A stretch of 64,000 bases of DNA from the human T2T-CHM13v2.0 reference genome, Homo sapiens (GCF_009914755.1 NC_060942.1), one strand, 5' to 3'. Positions 45,682 through 62,221 are shown, numbered from the stretch's first letter. Numbers and translations: made by a program. The notes: generated by a model from the letters alone, not told the origin.

Positions 45682-47617
45682 TGAAGCGGCCGCATTGTCT
45701 GGGATAAATACCCCAGTTCGTCATCTCGTGCCAAGAAAATTTAGAACATGAACACAGATGAGGAGTTTAGGAGCACAGGTTTAATAGGCAAAAGAAAGAA
45801 AGAGAAAGTGTGCCCGGAATTGGTGGGTTCTTGGTCTCACTGACTTCAAGAATGAAGCCGTGGACCCTCGCGGTGAGTGTTACAGCTCTTAAGGTGGCGT
45901 GTCTGGAGTCTGTCCCTTCTGGTGTTCAGAGTTTCTTCCTTCTGGTGGGTTCGTGGTCTCTCTGGCTCAGGAGTGAAGCGGCAGATTTTCGCTGTGAGTG
46001 TTACAGCTCATAAAAGCAGCGTGGACCGAAAGAGTGAGCAGTAGCAAGATTTACTGCAAAGAGAGAAAGAACAAAGCTTCCACAGAGTGGAAGAGGACCA
46101 GAGCAGGTTGCCAATGCTGACTCGGGCAGCCTGCTTTTATTCTCTGATCTGGCCCCACCCACATCCTGCTGATTGGTAGAGCCGAGAGGCCTGTTTTGTC
46201 AGGGCACTGATTGGTGCGTTTACAATCCCTGAGCTAGATACAAAGGTTCTCCACGTCCCCATCAGATTAGTTAGATACAGAGTGCCGATTGGTGTATTTG
46301 CAATCCCTGAGCTAGACATAAAGGTTCTCCAAGGCCCCACCAGAGCAGCTAGATACAGAGTGTCGACTGGTGCACTCACAAACCTTGAGCTAAACACAGG
46401 GTGCTGATTGGTGTATTTACAATCCCTGAGCTAGATATAAAGACTCTCCACGTCCCCACCAGACTCAGGAGCCCAGCTGGCTTCACCTAGTGGATCCCGC
46501 ACCAGGGCTGCAGGTGGAGCTGCCTGCCAGTCCTGCGCCCTGCACTTGCATTCCTCAGCCCTTGGGTGGTCGATGGGACTGGGCGCCGTGGAGCGGGGGT
46601 GGCGCTCGTCGAGGAGGCTCGGGCGGCACAGGACCCCACGGAGGTGGTGGGAGGTTCAGGCATGGCGGGCTGCAGGTCCCAAGCCCTGCCCCGCGGGAAG
46701 GCAGCTAAGGCCCGGCGAGAAATCGAGCACAGTGCCGGTGGGCCGGCACTGCTGGGGGACTCAGTACACCCTCCGCAGCCACTGGCCAGGGTGCTAAGTC
46801 CCCCATAGCCCGGGGCTAGCAGGGCTGGCCGGCTGCTCCGAGTGCAGGGCCCACCAAGCCCACGCCCACCCGGAACTCCAGCTGGCCCACAAGCGCGGCG
46901 CGCAGCCCCGGTTCCCGCTCGTGCCTCTCCCTCCACACCTCCCTGCAAGCTGAGGGAGTGGGCTCCGGCCTTGGCCAGCCCAGAAAGGGGCTCCCACAGT
47001 GCAGTGGGGGGCTGAAGGGCTCCTCAAATGCCACCAAAGTGGGAGCCCAGGCAGGGGAGGTGCCGAGAGCAAGCGAGGGCTCTGAGGACTGCCAGCACGC
47101 TGTCACCTCTCAAAAGGAAAACAGATCTCTCTAATGAGAGAGAGGGGCTCCTGAGAGGAAAAAGGCTGGCTGGTGGGGGAGTCCGTTAGATTTTACAGGC
47201 AGGCTTGAGGAGGCAGTGTCTGATTTACGTAGAGCCCACAGATTGGTTCCATCAGATGTGATATATAAACAGCGCATGGGGAAGGCTGGCCACTCCACCC
47301 TGATCTTATTATTGCAAATGGGCTTTCCAGTTGACTGGCACCATCTTGTCTGCTTCTTACTGTACAAGTGGCTGGTAAAGGGCGAAGGGAAGATGGAGCC
47401 GCCATTTTGAACATGCCTAATCCCAAGTAGCTTTTTCTGCCAGCATTCACCCGTGCAAGCTTCCAGTTTGGTTGTCTATGTCTGCAGCTCAATTTTACCG
47501 GCTGCTCTTTGTTAGAAGAGGATTTGGGGGCTACTTTTCATTAAAAAGGAAAACCTTACTGAGGACTCCAGTAACCTCACTATCTGTCTAAGTAATTTCC
47601 TCTTAACTCCTATATCA
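45682..47617 (-). mobile_element. MER51A-like LTR, split by LTR12C
   Basis: The reverse complement starts tgatataggagttaagaggaaattacttag. TSD ATGT at 45678-45681 and 47618-47621. Confidence 0.7.
45809..47112 (-). mobile_element. LTR12C (ERV9) solo LTR, CpG-rich
   Basis: The reverse complement starts TGAGAGGTGACAGCGTGCTGGC, with repeated CCAAT modules (gattgg on plus). TSD AAAG at 45805-45808 and 47113-47116. Confidence 0.92.
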
Positions 47618-47648
47618 ATGTTACAGCAATTTGGTTACAGATTGCTAC

Positions 47649-48304
47649 TATTAACAGAAAAGTCAAACTCTAAATTATTTTAAAGAGTTTCATTCTGAGC
47701 CTATATGAATGACTGAGGCTTAGAGAAACACAATCTCATGAGGTCCTGAGAAAGTGCGCCCAAGGAAGTCCGGTTACAGTTTTGTTTTGTACACTTTAGG
47801 GAGGCCGGAATTACAGGCAAACACATAAATCAGTGAAGGTACACATTGGTTTGGCCTGAAAAGGTGGGATATCTTGAAGTGGAGGCTTCCAGGTTATAGG
47901 TAGATTCAGAGATTCTTTATTTTGCAATTGGTTGAAGGAGTAAGGCTCTGTCTAAAACTTGGAGTCAGCAGAAAGTAATGTTTTAAGATAAGAATGCTAC
48001 CTAGCAAGATTCATGGCTTGCAGATATGATTTAACCCTTGCCTTGCATGGCCTTAGTCTTGTTTATGATTTGGTATCTTATTGCCACAGAGTCTGTTCTG
48101 TCAGTTGTATGGTCTCTATTTTAACACTAATACTGGTCAGTTATTGTGCCTAAACTCCAGAAGGAGGGGGTATAAGAAAAGGTGTCCAACCTCCCTTCCC
48201 ACTGTGGCTGGGAATTCAGTTTTTAAGGTTTTTCTGGGGTCCCCTTTGTCAAGAAGGCATCTGTTCAGTTGGTGGGGGACTTAGGATTTTATTTTTAGTT
48301 TACA
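47649..48304 (-). mobile_element. MER4 (B/D-like) solo LTR
   Basis: The reverse complement starts tgtaaactaaaaataaaatcctaag. TSD CTAC at 47645-47648 and 48305-48308. Confidence 0.75.
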
Positions 48305-49048
48305 CTACATTCCAAGGAAGATTAATGTATTACTCCATGAGGAGGGGCAGTGATCTAAGAGGGTCTTGTGTTTTACAGGGAAGAAAAAGGCAGATGTTGC
48401 AGCTGCATGCCACGTGACTCGGGCCACATAGCCACATTCCTCTCAAGGCTCAGAAGAATCTAAAGTTCCAACAGCTCTAAGTTTGAATCATTTCATTTCA
48501 CAAAGGGCAAGGACTTCAGAGAGTAAGACGGGGGAAGGAGGATACAGTGTTCTCCTGGAGAGAGGTGCGGTCTGCAGGCGCAGCCTGGGAGCATGGGGAC
48601 GTGGAGGCAGACTGGAGCAGGGTGCGGCTTTGGGACAATCACCTAGTGAAGGAATCCAAACTATGTCACCCCAAAATATATTTCTTTGACATATTTCAAT
48701 ATGGCTATTCAGAAGGGCTAGAAATACAAGAATAGCTGAAAAGCTGTTTTTCGTGGGTGAGGTTTGCATCTGTAGAGAAAATCTGCATTTATGCAGCCAG
48801 GCTTTCTCTTTTTCTTCCTTGTTCAGATCCAGGAAGGATTAACTGAGAGTCTGACACCTTTGAAAACCTGAAAGAAACATTTACCATCTATCCTCTCTGG
48901 GGTCTGCTACCTGTGAGGTTTCATCTACAAAACAAGACCCTCTTTACTAGCCAGGCCTCCTTTTCTCTCCCTCCCGTAAACTTGTTTTACCACCATAACC
49001 TGTTTTGCCACAATCCAAGCCACTGTTCTTTCTGTAACCTCAAGATGG

Positions 49049-49831
<783 letters not shown>

Positions 49832-49929
49832 ATGGTGTGAAAGCATCAACCATTTGGCCATTGCTTTGAGATTGTTGTAAGACTAAATCTGGCTTTTGTC
49901 AGTTGATTTTTCGGTGACCCTTCAGAGGG

Positions 49930-50340
49930 TGATACAGTTTAGATCTGTGTCCCACCAAATCTCACGTTGAATTATAATCCCCAGTTTTGGACGTGGGGCC
50001 TGGTGGGAGGTGATTGGATCCTGGGGTTGGAGTTCTCAGGAATGGGCTAGCACCATCCCCTCGGTGCTATTCTCATGATAGTGAGAGAGTGACTTATCGT
50101 GAGATCTGGTTGCTTAAAAGCGTGTGTCATCTCCCCCATCTCTCTTCGTCCTGCTCTGATCATATAAGACAGCTGCTTCCTCTTGGCCTTACCCCAGGAC
50201 TGTGAGCATCCTGAGGCCTCCCCAGAAGCAGAAGCTGCTATACTTCCTATGCAGCCTGCAGAACTGTGAGCCACTGAACCTCTCATAAACTACCCAGTCT
50301 CAGGTATTTCCTTAGAGCAGTGCAAGAACGGACTAATATA
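49930..50340 (+). mobile_element. MSTA MaLR solo LTR
   Basis: tgatacagtttagatctgtgtccc...ccccagaagcagaagc...gactaatata, 5-bp TSD GAGGG. Confidence 0.85.
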
Positions 50341-50441
50341 GAGGGTGAAGGAATAGTTTTCCCTTGGCCCCCACACTAGCCTCCTCAAGAAACAAGGGTG
50401 TGGAACTTCTTTGGGGGAACTGTGGTGTGAGAGTATAAAGA

Positions 50442-51728
<1,287 letters not shown>

Positions 51729-51804
51729 AAGAGAAAGAAACCTTTTTTTCTTCTTTGGATATAATCATAATTTTAAGCAATTAACCTGTTGCCACAGAAT
51801 TTCC

Positions 51805-52226
51805 ACAGAAGCAGGAAGGCCACTCTGACTTTCTTCTCCCTCCTGTCTCCACTGAATCAGGTCATAAAGGAATTCTCGGCCCTACCTCCACGTGAAAGCA
51901 GGTCGTGAGACCCTCATTCCAGAGGGGCCTCCCCTGTACTCTGAGGCCAAGAAGAGTCAGAACAAACATGCCTTGCCGGTCTCCCTCCAGTTTGTCACCA
52001 TCAGACCCTGCCCTCCTGTCCTCCAATCACACTTTTGCATGATTGTCCATAGAAACAGTTTTCCCTGGGTCTTTGGGTCTTCGTTTCGGAAGCCTCCTGT
52101 GTCATGTAAAACTTATATTAAAACATTTGTTATGCTTTTCTCTTGTTAATCTGTCTTTCATGATAGGAGTCTCAGCCATGAGCCTTGCAATGGATAAGGA
52201 AAAGATATTACCTTTTCCCCACTACA
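51805..52226 (+). mobile_element. MER39/MER34-group LTR fragment
   Basis: gtttccctgggtctttgggtcttc...attaaaacatttgttatgcttttctcttgttaatctg...ccactaca. Confidence 0.55.
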
Positions 52227-52626
52227 GGGATTTCTGCTGGAAAAATCCACTTTGCTAGAGCAGGCACGGGGACCGCTGATAGGAGACATTGCTGGAAGAT
52301 GCCAAGTGGGCGTTTCCAGATCACTTTTCATTTTAATCCGTTGTCAGAGTTTATATTCAGGAGCCCTCCCTTCAATATCTGGATTTTCAGCTTCTCTGGA
52401 AGACCGAGAAGACCTGGGCACGTGGGGCCAGCCTTTCTGAAGGCTGTGGTAGTAGACATGGACGTGGGCACAGATATTTCCAAGAGGACGCCTCTGCTCC
52501 ACCACAGCAGGGACGGTCCACCCACCCAAGTGATCATTTCTCATCTTCGTGCTTCTTAACTATCAGCAGCATTATCAAGAAAATAAGATAATTCTTGCAT
52601 CCTCATCTTACTCAAAACCAAAAATA

Positions 52627-52941
52627 GGCCAGGTGCGGTGGCTCACGCCTATAATCCCAGCACTTTGGGAGGTCAAGGCAGTGGATCACCTGAGGTCAGG
52701 AGTTCGAGACCAGCTTGGCCAACATGGTGAAACCCCATCTCTACTAAAAATTTAAAAATTAGCCTGGCATGGTGGCACGCATCTGTAGTCCCAGCTACTC
52801 GGGAGGCTGAGACAGGAGAATTGCTTGAACCCGGGGGAGGGGGGTGGGGGGTTGGTTGCAGTGAGCCGAGATTGTGACACTGCACTCCAGCCTGGGTGAC
52901 AGAGCAAGACTCTGTCTCAAAAAAAAAGAAAAAGAAAAAAG
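52627..52941 (+). mobile_element. AluSx with a G-rich expansion in the right arm
   Basis: Full Alu in which ccgggggaggggggtggggggttgg replaces cccgggaggcggagg. Confidence 0.9.
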
Positions 52942-52967
52942 AATAGACCAAGACATGAAATGGGGAG

Positions 52968-53300
52968 TTTGGAAGTGAAGTGTATTCCTAGATGTTTAAT
53001 ATGCAAAGCATGCCTGTAATTAGACTATTTTTTTATAACTCACTTCACTCATTTACAGTTACTGTCTGACTCTCAGAGATATTTGAGTTTCCATCCTTGG
53101 TATCAACCTAATATAAGAAAATGTTTTCCTCAGATTTCTTTGGAAGTGAAATGTATTCCTAGGTGTTTAATAGGCAAAGCATGCCTGTAATTAAAGACTT
53201 TTTTAAAAACTAACTTCACTCATTTACAGTTACTGCCTGACTCTCAGAGGTATTTGAGTTTCATCCTCGGTGTCAATCTAATGTAAGAAAACGTTTTCCT
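52968..53300. repeat. Two-copy tandem duplication, period 171 bp
   Basis: Copies 52968-53130 and 53139-53300 (tttggaagtgaa...gttttcct) are about 90% identical by eye. Confidence 0.92.
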
Positions 53301-54419
53301 TGGCTCAAAAGGGCCTACTGACACATTAACTAAATGCAACACATGGATCTTGTTTGGTGCATGATTCAAACAAACTAACCCTGATAAAACAGTTTTGAGA
53401 CAATCTGTAGAGTATAAACATTGCCTGAGGTTTAGATGGTATTAAGAAATTATTGTTGATTTTTTTTTAGTGTGACAATGGTATTTTTGTTACCTTTTAG
53501 AAGTATTCATCTGTTAAAAAGATAGGCAGAGAAATATTTATAGGTGAAAAGACATGATTTACAGGTTTTGCTCTAAAACATTCTGAAGAATGTGCACTTT
53601 TGAAAATTTTCCATAATAGATGGTTTAAGAAAAACAGTGTCTACCCCCACGTGTCTAAGCGTCTGGCCCATTATCATGCAAAGCAGCATTTGGCTTCTTT
53701 TATCTTTTGTTCTCTTTGTTACTCGGGCTAAAACTACACATCAACGCTCCTGCAATATTGCTAACTTCTTTCCTTATGCTAGAAAACTTCTTTTTGATAG
53801 CATAATTCATTTAAATATGTTTAGATTAGCTGATAGTATTTTTATTTAAAATATTTATTTTAAAATTGTATATTTGTGTATGTTTGTATTTATATATTTG
53901 TATATAATAAATTAAATTATAATTTAAAATAAAATTTAAAAGAATATTTACTTTAAAATGAGAATATTAATAGTTCTGGAGGTGTTTTGTCTCCACTGGG
54001 CCTTAGTGCAAGCCAGACCAGGTTGATGTTGCCATGTTGCCAGCAGAGGCCTGGCTGTGTCCTGGGCACACCCTTGAGGGTCCTGCAGGGCCTCCTCCCT
54101 CGACGCCTTCACTGCTCCCCACTGAGCTCCATAACACAGCCCGAGGATGGGCCAGTGATGTGGTTTATACAGGGGACGCCTACGCCACAGGGGCTACCGA
54201 GGAGATACTCGTACTCTGATGATAATCACAGGGACTCAGATTTCCAATACACTCATCTTTCGGTCAGCCTACATTCCAGACAAGAGCTTCCTTGAGAAAT
54301 TCCCTGAAGCTAAAAATGATCCTTCCCAGGTCTAAAAATTATAGTTCTCTATTCCCATGTCTGGCACAATTACCTTCCAGAGGGGCGTACGTGCCCAGCA
54401 GGCCCCGCGTGTCAGCTAG

Positions 54420-54909
<490 letters not shown>

Positions 54910-55127
54910 TAAAAGACTCTCGGTCCTTGGTTCAGAGGTTGCAGGACACAAATTGGTCATTTGCATCCTAGGCACAGATTGCCTTCAGGTGAGTGGGAAG
55001 AGGTGGCAGGATAAGGTGTACATTACTAGACAGAGGTCCCAGACTCATTCTTAGCAAGCTGTGTGAACTTGGACAAGTCTGTTAACATCCTTGCTGTATC
55101 CTCTTTCCTGTGTATATGAGTGAGAGA

Positions 55128-55924
<797 letters not shown>

Positions 55925-55994
55925 TGAGACAGGGGTAGACTAAATGATTGATCTAGTGTCCTAATGCTTTTGGATTCTACAAGAATTTACATTT

Positions 55995-56450
55995 GGTCAA
56001 CAAGTATTTACTGTGAATCTAGTTCGATGCCAGTCACTGTGCTAGAGGCTAGAGGTATTTGGTGAGTTTCCAGCCTAGCGAGGGAGACACTGGTACATTA
56101 AATAATTACACAAACGAATGTAAAATTGCAGCTGTGATGAGGCGCCGCGCACCGTGCATGAGTGCCTAAAGCAGTTGGCCTAGTCAGGGAGCACAGAGAG
56201 GATATCCTGAGGAAGTGGCACTTAAACTGAGATTTGAAGAGTGTTGAGAGTTTACCAGGTGAAGAAGAGGAAAGAGAAGGAAAATCCAGGCCAAGGTCAT
56301 GGGGTGTATGAGGGCGTGGAAGAAGATGAGCCCAGATGGGGCACACAGAGCATGGGGGACAATGACAGGTGAAGTCTGAGGGAGAGGAAGGGACCAGGCC
56401 ACACAGGGTCTCATAGGCACCCTTAAGGAATTTTGTCTCTATCCAGACAC
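55995..56450 (-). mobile_element. L2 3' region
   Basis: caacaagtatttactg..gccagtcactgtgctagaggctagagg and ctgaggaagtggcacttaaactgagatttgaaga. Confidence 0.65.
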
Positions 56451-56470
56451 TAGCAACAACTGCAACATAA

Positions 56471-57086
56471 TGACACTGTCCTCACAGGTTCACAAGGATT
56501 GCACGCTGGGTTCTAGACAGAAATATAATTGTAATTAAGCATTAATCAGGCTGCACTCTGGCCCACTTCCTTGCTGCTGAAAGTCACTCGGCACTAGGTA
56601 CTGACCACTGGCATCCCCATTGCTCCCACAGACAGGATTGCTGACATTAATGTCCTAAGACTGCCTAGGAATTGATTTGCATCCCCATTGTTCCTATAGA
56701 CAGGATCACTGACATTAGAATCATAAAATCTTTGTTTAAGGATTGCTTAAGATGTTTCTCAGAGCCCAAATTCCAGTGAAACAGCTGACACCAACCAGTG
56801 TGAAGACCCCACGGAGGAATGGGATCAGCAAGAGAACACAGCTTCTTCCTCTCCTTGTCCCATGACTTCACCCTGCACTCTTCAGCCAATCAATAATCTC
56901 CACATTTTGTCCCACTCCAAACCCTTAAAAACCCTAGTCCAAAACTCTTCATGGAGTTGGATTTAAGGTTCCTTCCCATCTCCTTAGTAGGTGTCTCTGT
57001 AATTAAACCTCTTCCTCTGCTGCAAACTGATGTCTTGGCATATTGACTTGCTGTGCGCATCAGGCAACAAACCTATTATGGTTACA
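56471..57086 (+). mobile_element. LTR26-like ERV1 solo LTR
   Basis: tgacactgtcctcacagg..aattaagcattaatcaggctgcac...ggttaca. TSD ATAA at 56467-56470 and 57087-57090. Confidence 0.65.
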
Positions 57087-57134
57087 ATAATAGCTCATTA
57101 TTGAATTATTGAACAACACTTACTGGAAACTATG

Positions 57135-58075
57135 TATCCTGAATATACAAAGAACTTTTGCAACTCAGAAATAGAAAGACAAAAATCCATTCAAAAATAG
57201 GGTGAAAGCCTTGAATAGACATTTCTCCAAAGAAGCTACACAAATGGTCAGCAAGCACATGAGAAGATGCTTATGTTATTACTCACTAGAGAAAGGCACA
57301 TTAAAACCACAGTGAGATACCACTTCACTACCACAGTGAGATGCCACTAGGATGACTGTAATTTTTTTTAAAGGAAAATAATAAATGTTGGCAAGAATGT
57401 AGAGAAATGGAACCCTCATACATTGCTGGGAAGAATGTAAAATGATGCAACCACTGTTAAAAACAGTTTAAGCAGTTTGGCAGTTCCTCAAAAAGTTGAA
57501 CATGAAGTTACCATAGCACCCAGCAATTCAATTCCTACATATATACTCAAAAAAATTGAAAATGTATGTTCACACGAATATCTGCACATGAATGTTCATA
57601 GCCACATTATTCACAATAGCCAAAAATATAAACAACCCAAATAACCATCAACCGATGAATGAATCAACAAACTGTGGTACATCCATACAATGGAATATTA
57701 TTCAGTTATAAAAAAGAAGGGAGTGCTGATTCATGCTGCAACAGGGATGAACCTTAAAAACATTATGCTAAGTGAAAGAGGCCAGAGAGTGAAGGTCACA
57801 TAGCGAATGATTCCATTCAAGTGAAATGTCCAAAATAGGCAAACTCGAAGAGATGGAAAATAGATGAGTGGTTGCCAGGGAACAGGCAGAGGGGAAAAGT
57901 GACTGCTTACGGTTTCCATGGTTTCCTCTTGCAGTGATAGAAATGATTTGGAATTAGACAATGGTGACGGTTGCACGACATTGTGAATATACTAAAATCC
58001 ATGGGATTGTACACTTTAAAATGATGCATTTTATGTTATGTGAGTTTTTGTCTCAATAAAAAAATTGCAAAAAAA
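57135..58075 (+). mobile_element. L1MB 3' end
   Basis: gaatagacatttctccaaagaag...catacaatggaatattattcag...gtacactttaaa..ctcaataaa followed by an A tail. Confidence 0.85.
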
Positions 58076-58107
58076 AGAAAAAAAAAGGAATTAAGAAAGC
58101 AAAAACA

Positions 58108-58410
58108 GGCGGGGCACGATGACTCACACCTGTAATCCCAGCACTTTGGGAGGCTAAGGCGGGAGGATCACTTGAGGCCAGGAGCTCGAGACCAGCCTGG
58201 CCAACATGACAAAACCCCATCTGTACTAAAAATACAGAAATTAGCTGACTGTGGTGCTGGGCACCTGTAATCCCAGCTACTTGGGAGGCTAAGGCACAAG
58301 AATCCCTTGAACGCAGGAGGCAGAGGTTTCACTGAGCCAAGATTGCACCACTGCACTCCAGCCTGGGCGACAGAGTGAAACTCTGTCTCAAAAAAAAAGA
58401 AAGCAAAAAC
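58108..58410 (+). mobile_element. AluS
   Basis: Full Alu. Confidence 0.9.
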
Positions 58411-58463
58411 ACAAAAAAGCAAAGAAATTTCTCCAACTGCAATCAGAAAAAAAGGCAGAAGGA

Positions 58464-59158
<695 letters not shown>

Positions 59159-60179
59159 TTGGTTTCTTAAACACTTAGTTTCTACCAGTGTATTAGTTTT
59201 CCATTGCTGCCCTAACAAATTGCCACAAATTGAGTGGCCTACAGAAAGGTGGTTTGGCTGGACGTAGCATCCCTGCATCATTTTATCTAGTGCTGACTGC
59301 AGCATGAATATGGATAGGAATGTCGAGCGTAGGAGAAAAGACAAGAAGACAAGGAAGGAGGTGAGGACGGGGCCATGAGGACTGCTTCAATACATGGCCA
59401 GACGGAAAGCCACCAATAGGAGGAGGAGCCATGAGGCTCAAGAAGAGGAAGGTAGTGCTGTGTTACGGTCATTGCTTTGATCAATGCTGTCTCAGACAAC
59501 AGAATACACTCTAGCTAATTTAAATAAAAGACATGTATTTAAAGTCACTAGCAATTCATAGAATTGTTGGGAAAAGCAAGGACACAGAGGCTAGGCTGAG
59601 CTTCCAGGAATAAGTGTCAGAGGAGCTGCTTGCCTCTGCCATCATCAGGGAGTCATCGATCTGGAAGCTACATCCCTGCTCTTGGCTGGAGAACCTTCCT
59701 GCCCTGCTGCGATGCACAGCAGCAAAAAGTGATGCCTCCAGCCCTGCCTCCCTGCCCAGCATCTCAGTTTCAAATGACAGTCCCAGAGAGGGCGCCTGAT
59801 GGGTGGAATTGAAACCTCAACTGGAAACAGTGGAGAGGGAATATGGAAAATGTCATTTTTAGCTTTCTCTCCACTGCCAGGAAGGTATGCAAAGCAGGAA
59901 TAGAATGAATGCTGAATGAGTCAGCCCACAGTATCTTCCTCAGAAGGCAAGGAAGGCCAGTGTTTGAAAGAGGGAGTGGTTAGGCTGGCAGTGTCAGATG
60001 AGGCTGAAAGAGACAACGAACCTTTCCGGAATTTAGTAATGACAGGACACCTAAACAAAGCTGAACCAATGCATCACAGAAGTGGAGTCCTTGAAGAATG
60101 AATATAAAGTGAGAAAACGAAGACAGTGCCTATTATCAAGTGTTTCCAGAAACTTGGCTGTGTAGAGGTGGAAAGAGAC

Positions 60180-60755
60180 AGGGCGGAGCTGCAGGGGTGA
60201 GGGGTGTGGAGGGACAACTCAGAGTCAATTTCCCTTCCTCTCCTTTGACTCTGATTGGTTTGGTTTCCAGATGTCTAAAAACCGATGAGAAAGTCCTTTG
60301 CGGGGGGAGGGGGTAGATATAAAGATAAAATAGATCATTCAAAGGGGAAAAGGGCTAATCCATACAGTGAGATTTCCGAGAAGGCAGCAGGGGTGGGGCA
60401 GGGAGGCCCAGAGCGCAGGTGGAGAGTGAGCCTGGTGTGGAGTTAGCCACTTCTCCCCAGAGGAAGGCAAGGATGTGGAGGGTGAAAGCGGGCTCGCAGA
60501 CACGGTAGGAGAAAGACAGGCACAGCCATCTGGTAGCTTCTATTTTCTCTGTGAAGTGGGATGCTCAGTCATCGGCTGAGAGGGAGGAGGAGGAGCGGGC
60601 AGCTGAGAGCCAGGAGAGGGACAGCGCGATGGGTCCTCTGGAGAGTGAGAGGGCGAGGGGGGCCACAGACACAGCGAGGGGGGAATATCACACCCCCTGA
60701 GCATGGCAGGACCTGCGCGCTGGGGTGTGGCTCTCCTGGAGCAGAGAGAAAGTAT

Positions 60756-60791
<36 letters not shown>

Positions 60792-61140
60792 AGACACACA
60801 GAAACACAGACACACAAACACACATACACACAGAAACACAGACACAGACCCCCACACACGGACACACAGACACACATATGTGATACTTCTTGTCTCATCT
60901 GGGATGGGGTTTTTGCCAGATGGGTACAACACTAAGAAAAAATGAGCTTGGGAGTTGGTTCTGTGAACACCTAGCTGGTTTGAGAAGAAAACAGAAAGGT
61001 GAGGGCTGAGGGAGTGGGAGAAACAGAGGCCGCGGCACCACTCCCAACCAGGTGGCACCAAGAGCCAGCGTGGCAGAGGAGGGGGGAGGTGCGGGAAGCA
61101 AACTGCGGGAGAAGAGGTCGCACTGAGAGAGTGCCGCTGC
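60180..61140. promoter_or_regulatory. GC-rich, CpG-retaining segment with promoter-like motifs
   Basis: GGGCGG at 60181-60186, ATTGG at 60254-60258 and TATAAA at 60318-60323. More CpGs than the flanking unique DNA. Confidence 0.35.
60757..60877. repeat. (CA)n/(CAGA)n compound microsatellite
   Basis: cacacacaca...cacagacacagacacaca. Confidence 0.95.
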
Positions 61141-61547
61141 TGACTTAGGGATGTGCAGTCTTTTGAATGATTGCTATTTTCCAGATCCTGTAATAGACTA
61201 AATGATACCCCAGAGAAATTCGAATAATAGTGATGACACGTCCACAGGGGGCAGATTTACCAAGAAACCTAAGCTGTAAGGCCTGTCACCTGTAAGCCCT
61301 GGGAGGGGCCCTAGCAGTTTTTATGTTTGTTATTTTGCATATATGCACAAGCTTCAGGGACAAAACTTAGGTCCACCCACGGGCCCCTCCCCAGGCCTTG
61401 GAAAAGGACATGCACATAAGGAACACCACAGTCAAAGTTTCCTCAGCATCACGCCATCTCCATCCCGTCATGACATCTAACTGCACTGAAAGAAATGAGC
61501 ATCTAGCTGAGGTTAAGTTTCTGCACATGTGCGTATGTGTATTGCAT

Positions 61548-61915
61548 AGACTTTAAGGTGGCCCCATGACCCCTGTGACTTGCTCCTAACCAACAGAATA
61601 TGACCAACGTGATGCAGTGTGACTCTCAGGGTTATGTAGTTATATAAGACTTGGTCTGTTTGAAAGATTTGAAGAAGCCAGCTACCCTGAGGTCTACATC
61701 TTTCCACAGCCTTGGTGAGTTTGGATGGAGACCCTTACCCATGGGAGTCTCGAGATGAGAACGCAGCCCTGGTCAGGACCCTGATTGCAGTTTTGCTGAG
61801 GACCCAGCTAGGCTGTGCCCAGACACCTGCCCCACAGAAACATAATAAATGTGTGTTGTTTTAAGCCATTGAGTTTACGGTAATTTGTTATGCAGCATAA
61901 AAAAATGGATACAAT
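61548..61915 (+). mobile_element. Old MLT1 MaLR LTR
   Basis: gtgacttgctcctaaccaacagaat...gttgttttaagccattgagtttacggtaatttgttatgcagca. Confidence 0.65.
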
Positions 61916-61987
61916 AAGTAAACATAAGGATAATAGTCCTTGCTTTGCTGGGTTGATGTGAGGATTGTATGGGATATGTGAAGGTGG

Positions 61988-62221
61988 TGCTATGGTGTGA
62001 ATGACTGTGTCCCTCCCTCCAAAATGCAGGTGTTGGAACCTAATCCTCAACGTGGTGGTAGGTTTACCACCTGAAGCAGAGAACAGCCCTCACCAGATAC
62101 TGAACCAGCTGGTGCCTTAACATTGGACTTCCAGCCTCCAGAACTGTGAGATGTAAGTTTCTGTTCTTTATAAATGACCCAGCCTCAGGCATTTTGTTAT
62201 AGCAGCAGGAACAGACTAAGA
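61988..62221 (+). mobile_element. MLT1A-like LTR, internally deleted
   Basis: tgctatggtgtgaatgactgtgtccc...ggacttccagcctccagaactgtgag...acagactaag. Confidence 0.7.

Larger units (their letters stand above)
45469..48502 (-). mobile_element. MER65-like LTR hosting nested LTRs (own pieces 45469-45681, 47622-47648, 48309-48502)
   Basis: The reverse complement starts tgtgaaatgaaatgattcaaacttagagctgttggaacttt. The pieces rejoin across the insert TSDs. Confidence 0.65.

Noticed and set aside
46487-47106. Cluster of GC-rich ORFs resembling a CpG-island gene
   Set aside because: Entirely within the LTR12C U3, where stop codons are rare because of GC content.
52185-52559. Overlapping short ORFs next to an LTR end
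   Set aside because: No recognisable homology, non-ATG or weak starts, and no exon structure.
52968-53300. Alpha satellite or CRISPR-like array
   Set aside because: Only two units, no alphoid or CENP-B similarity seen, no repeat-spacer structure, and the DNA is primate.
60540-61061. Overlapping ORFs rich in CV or HT repeats
   Set aside because: Artefacts of translating the (CA)n microsatellite.
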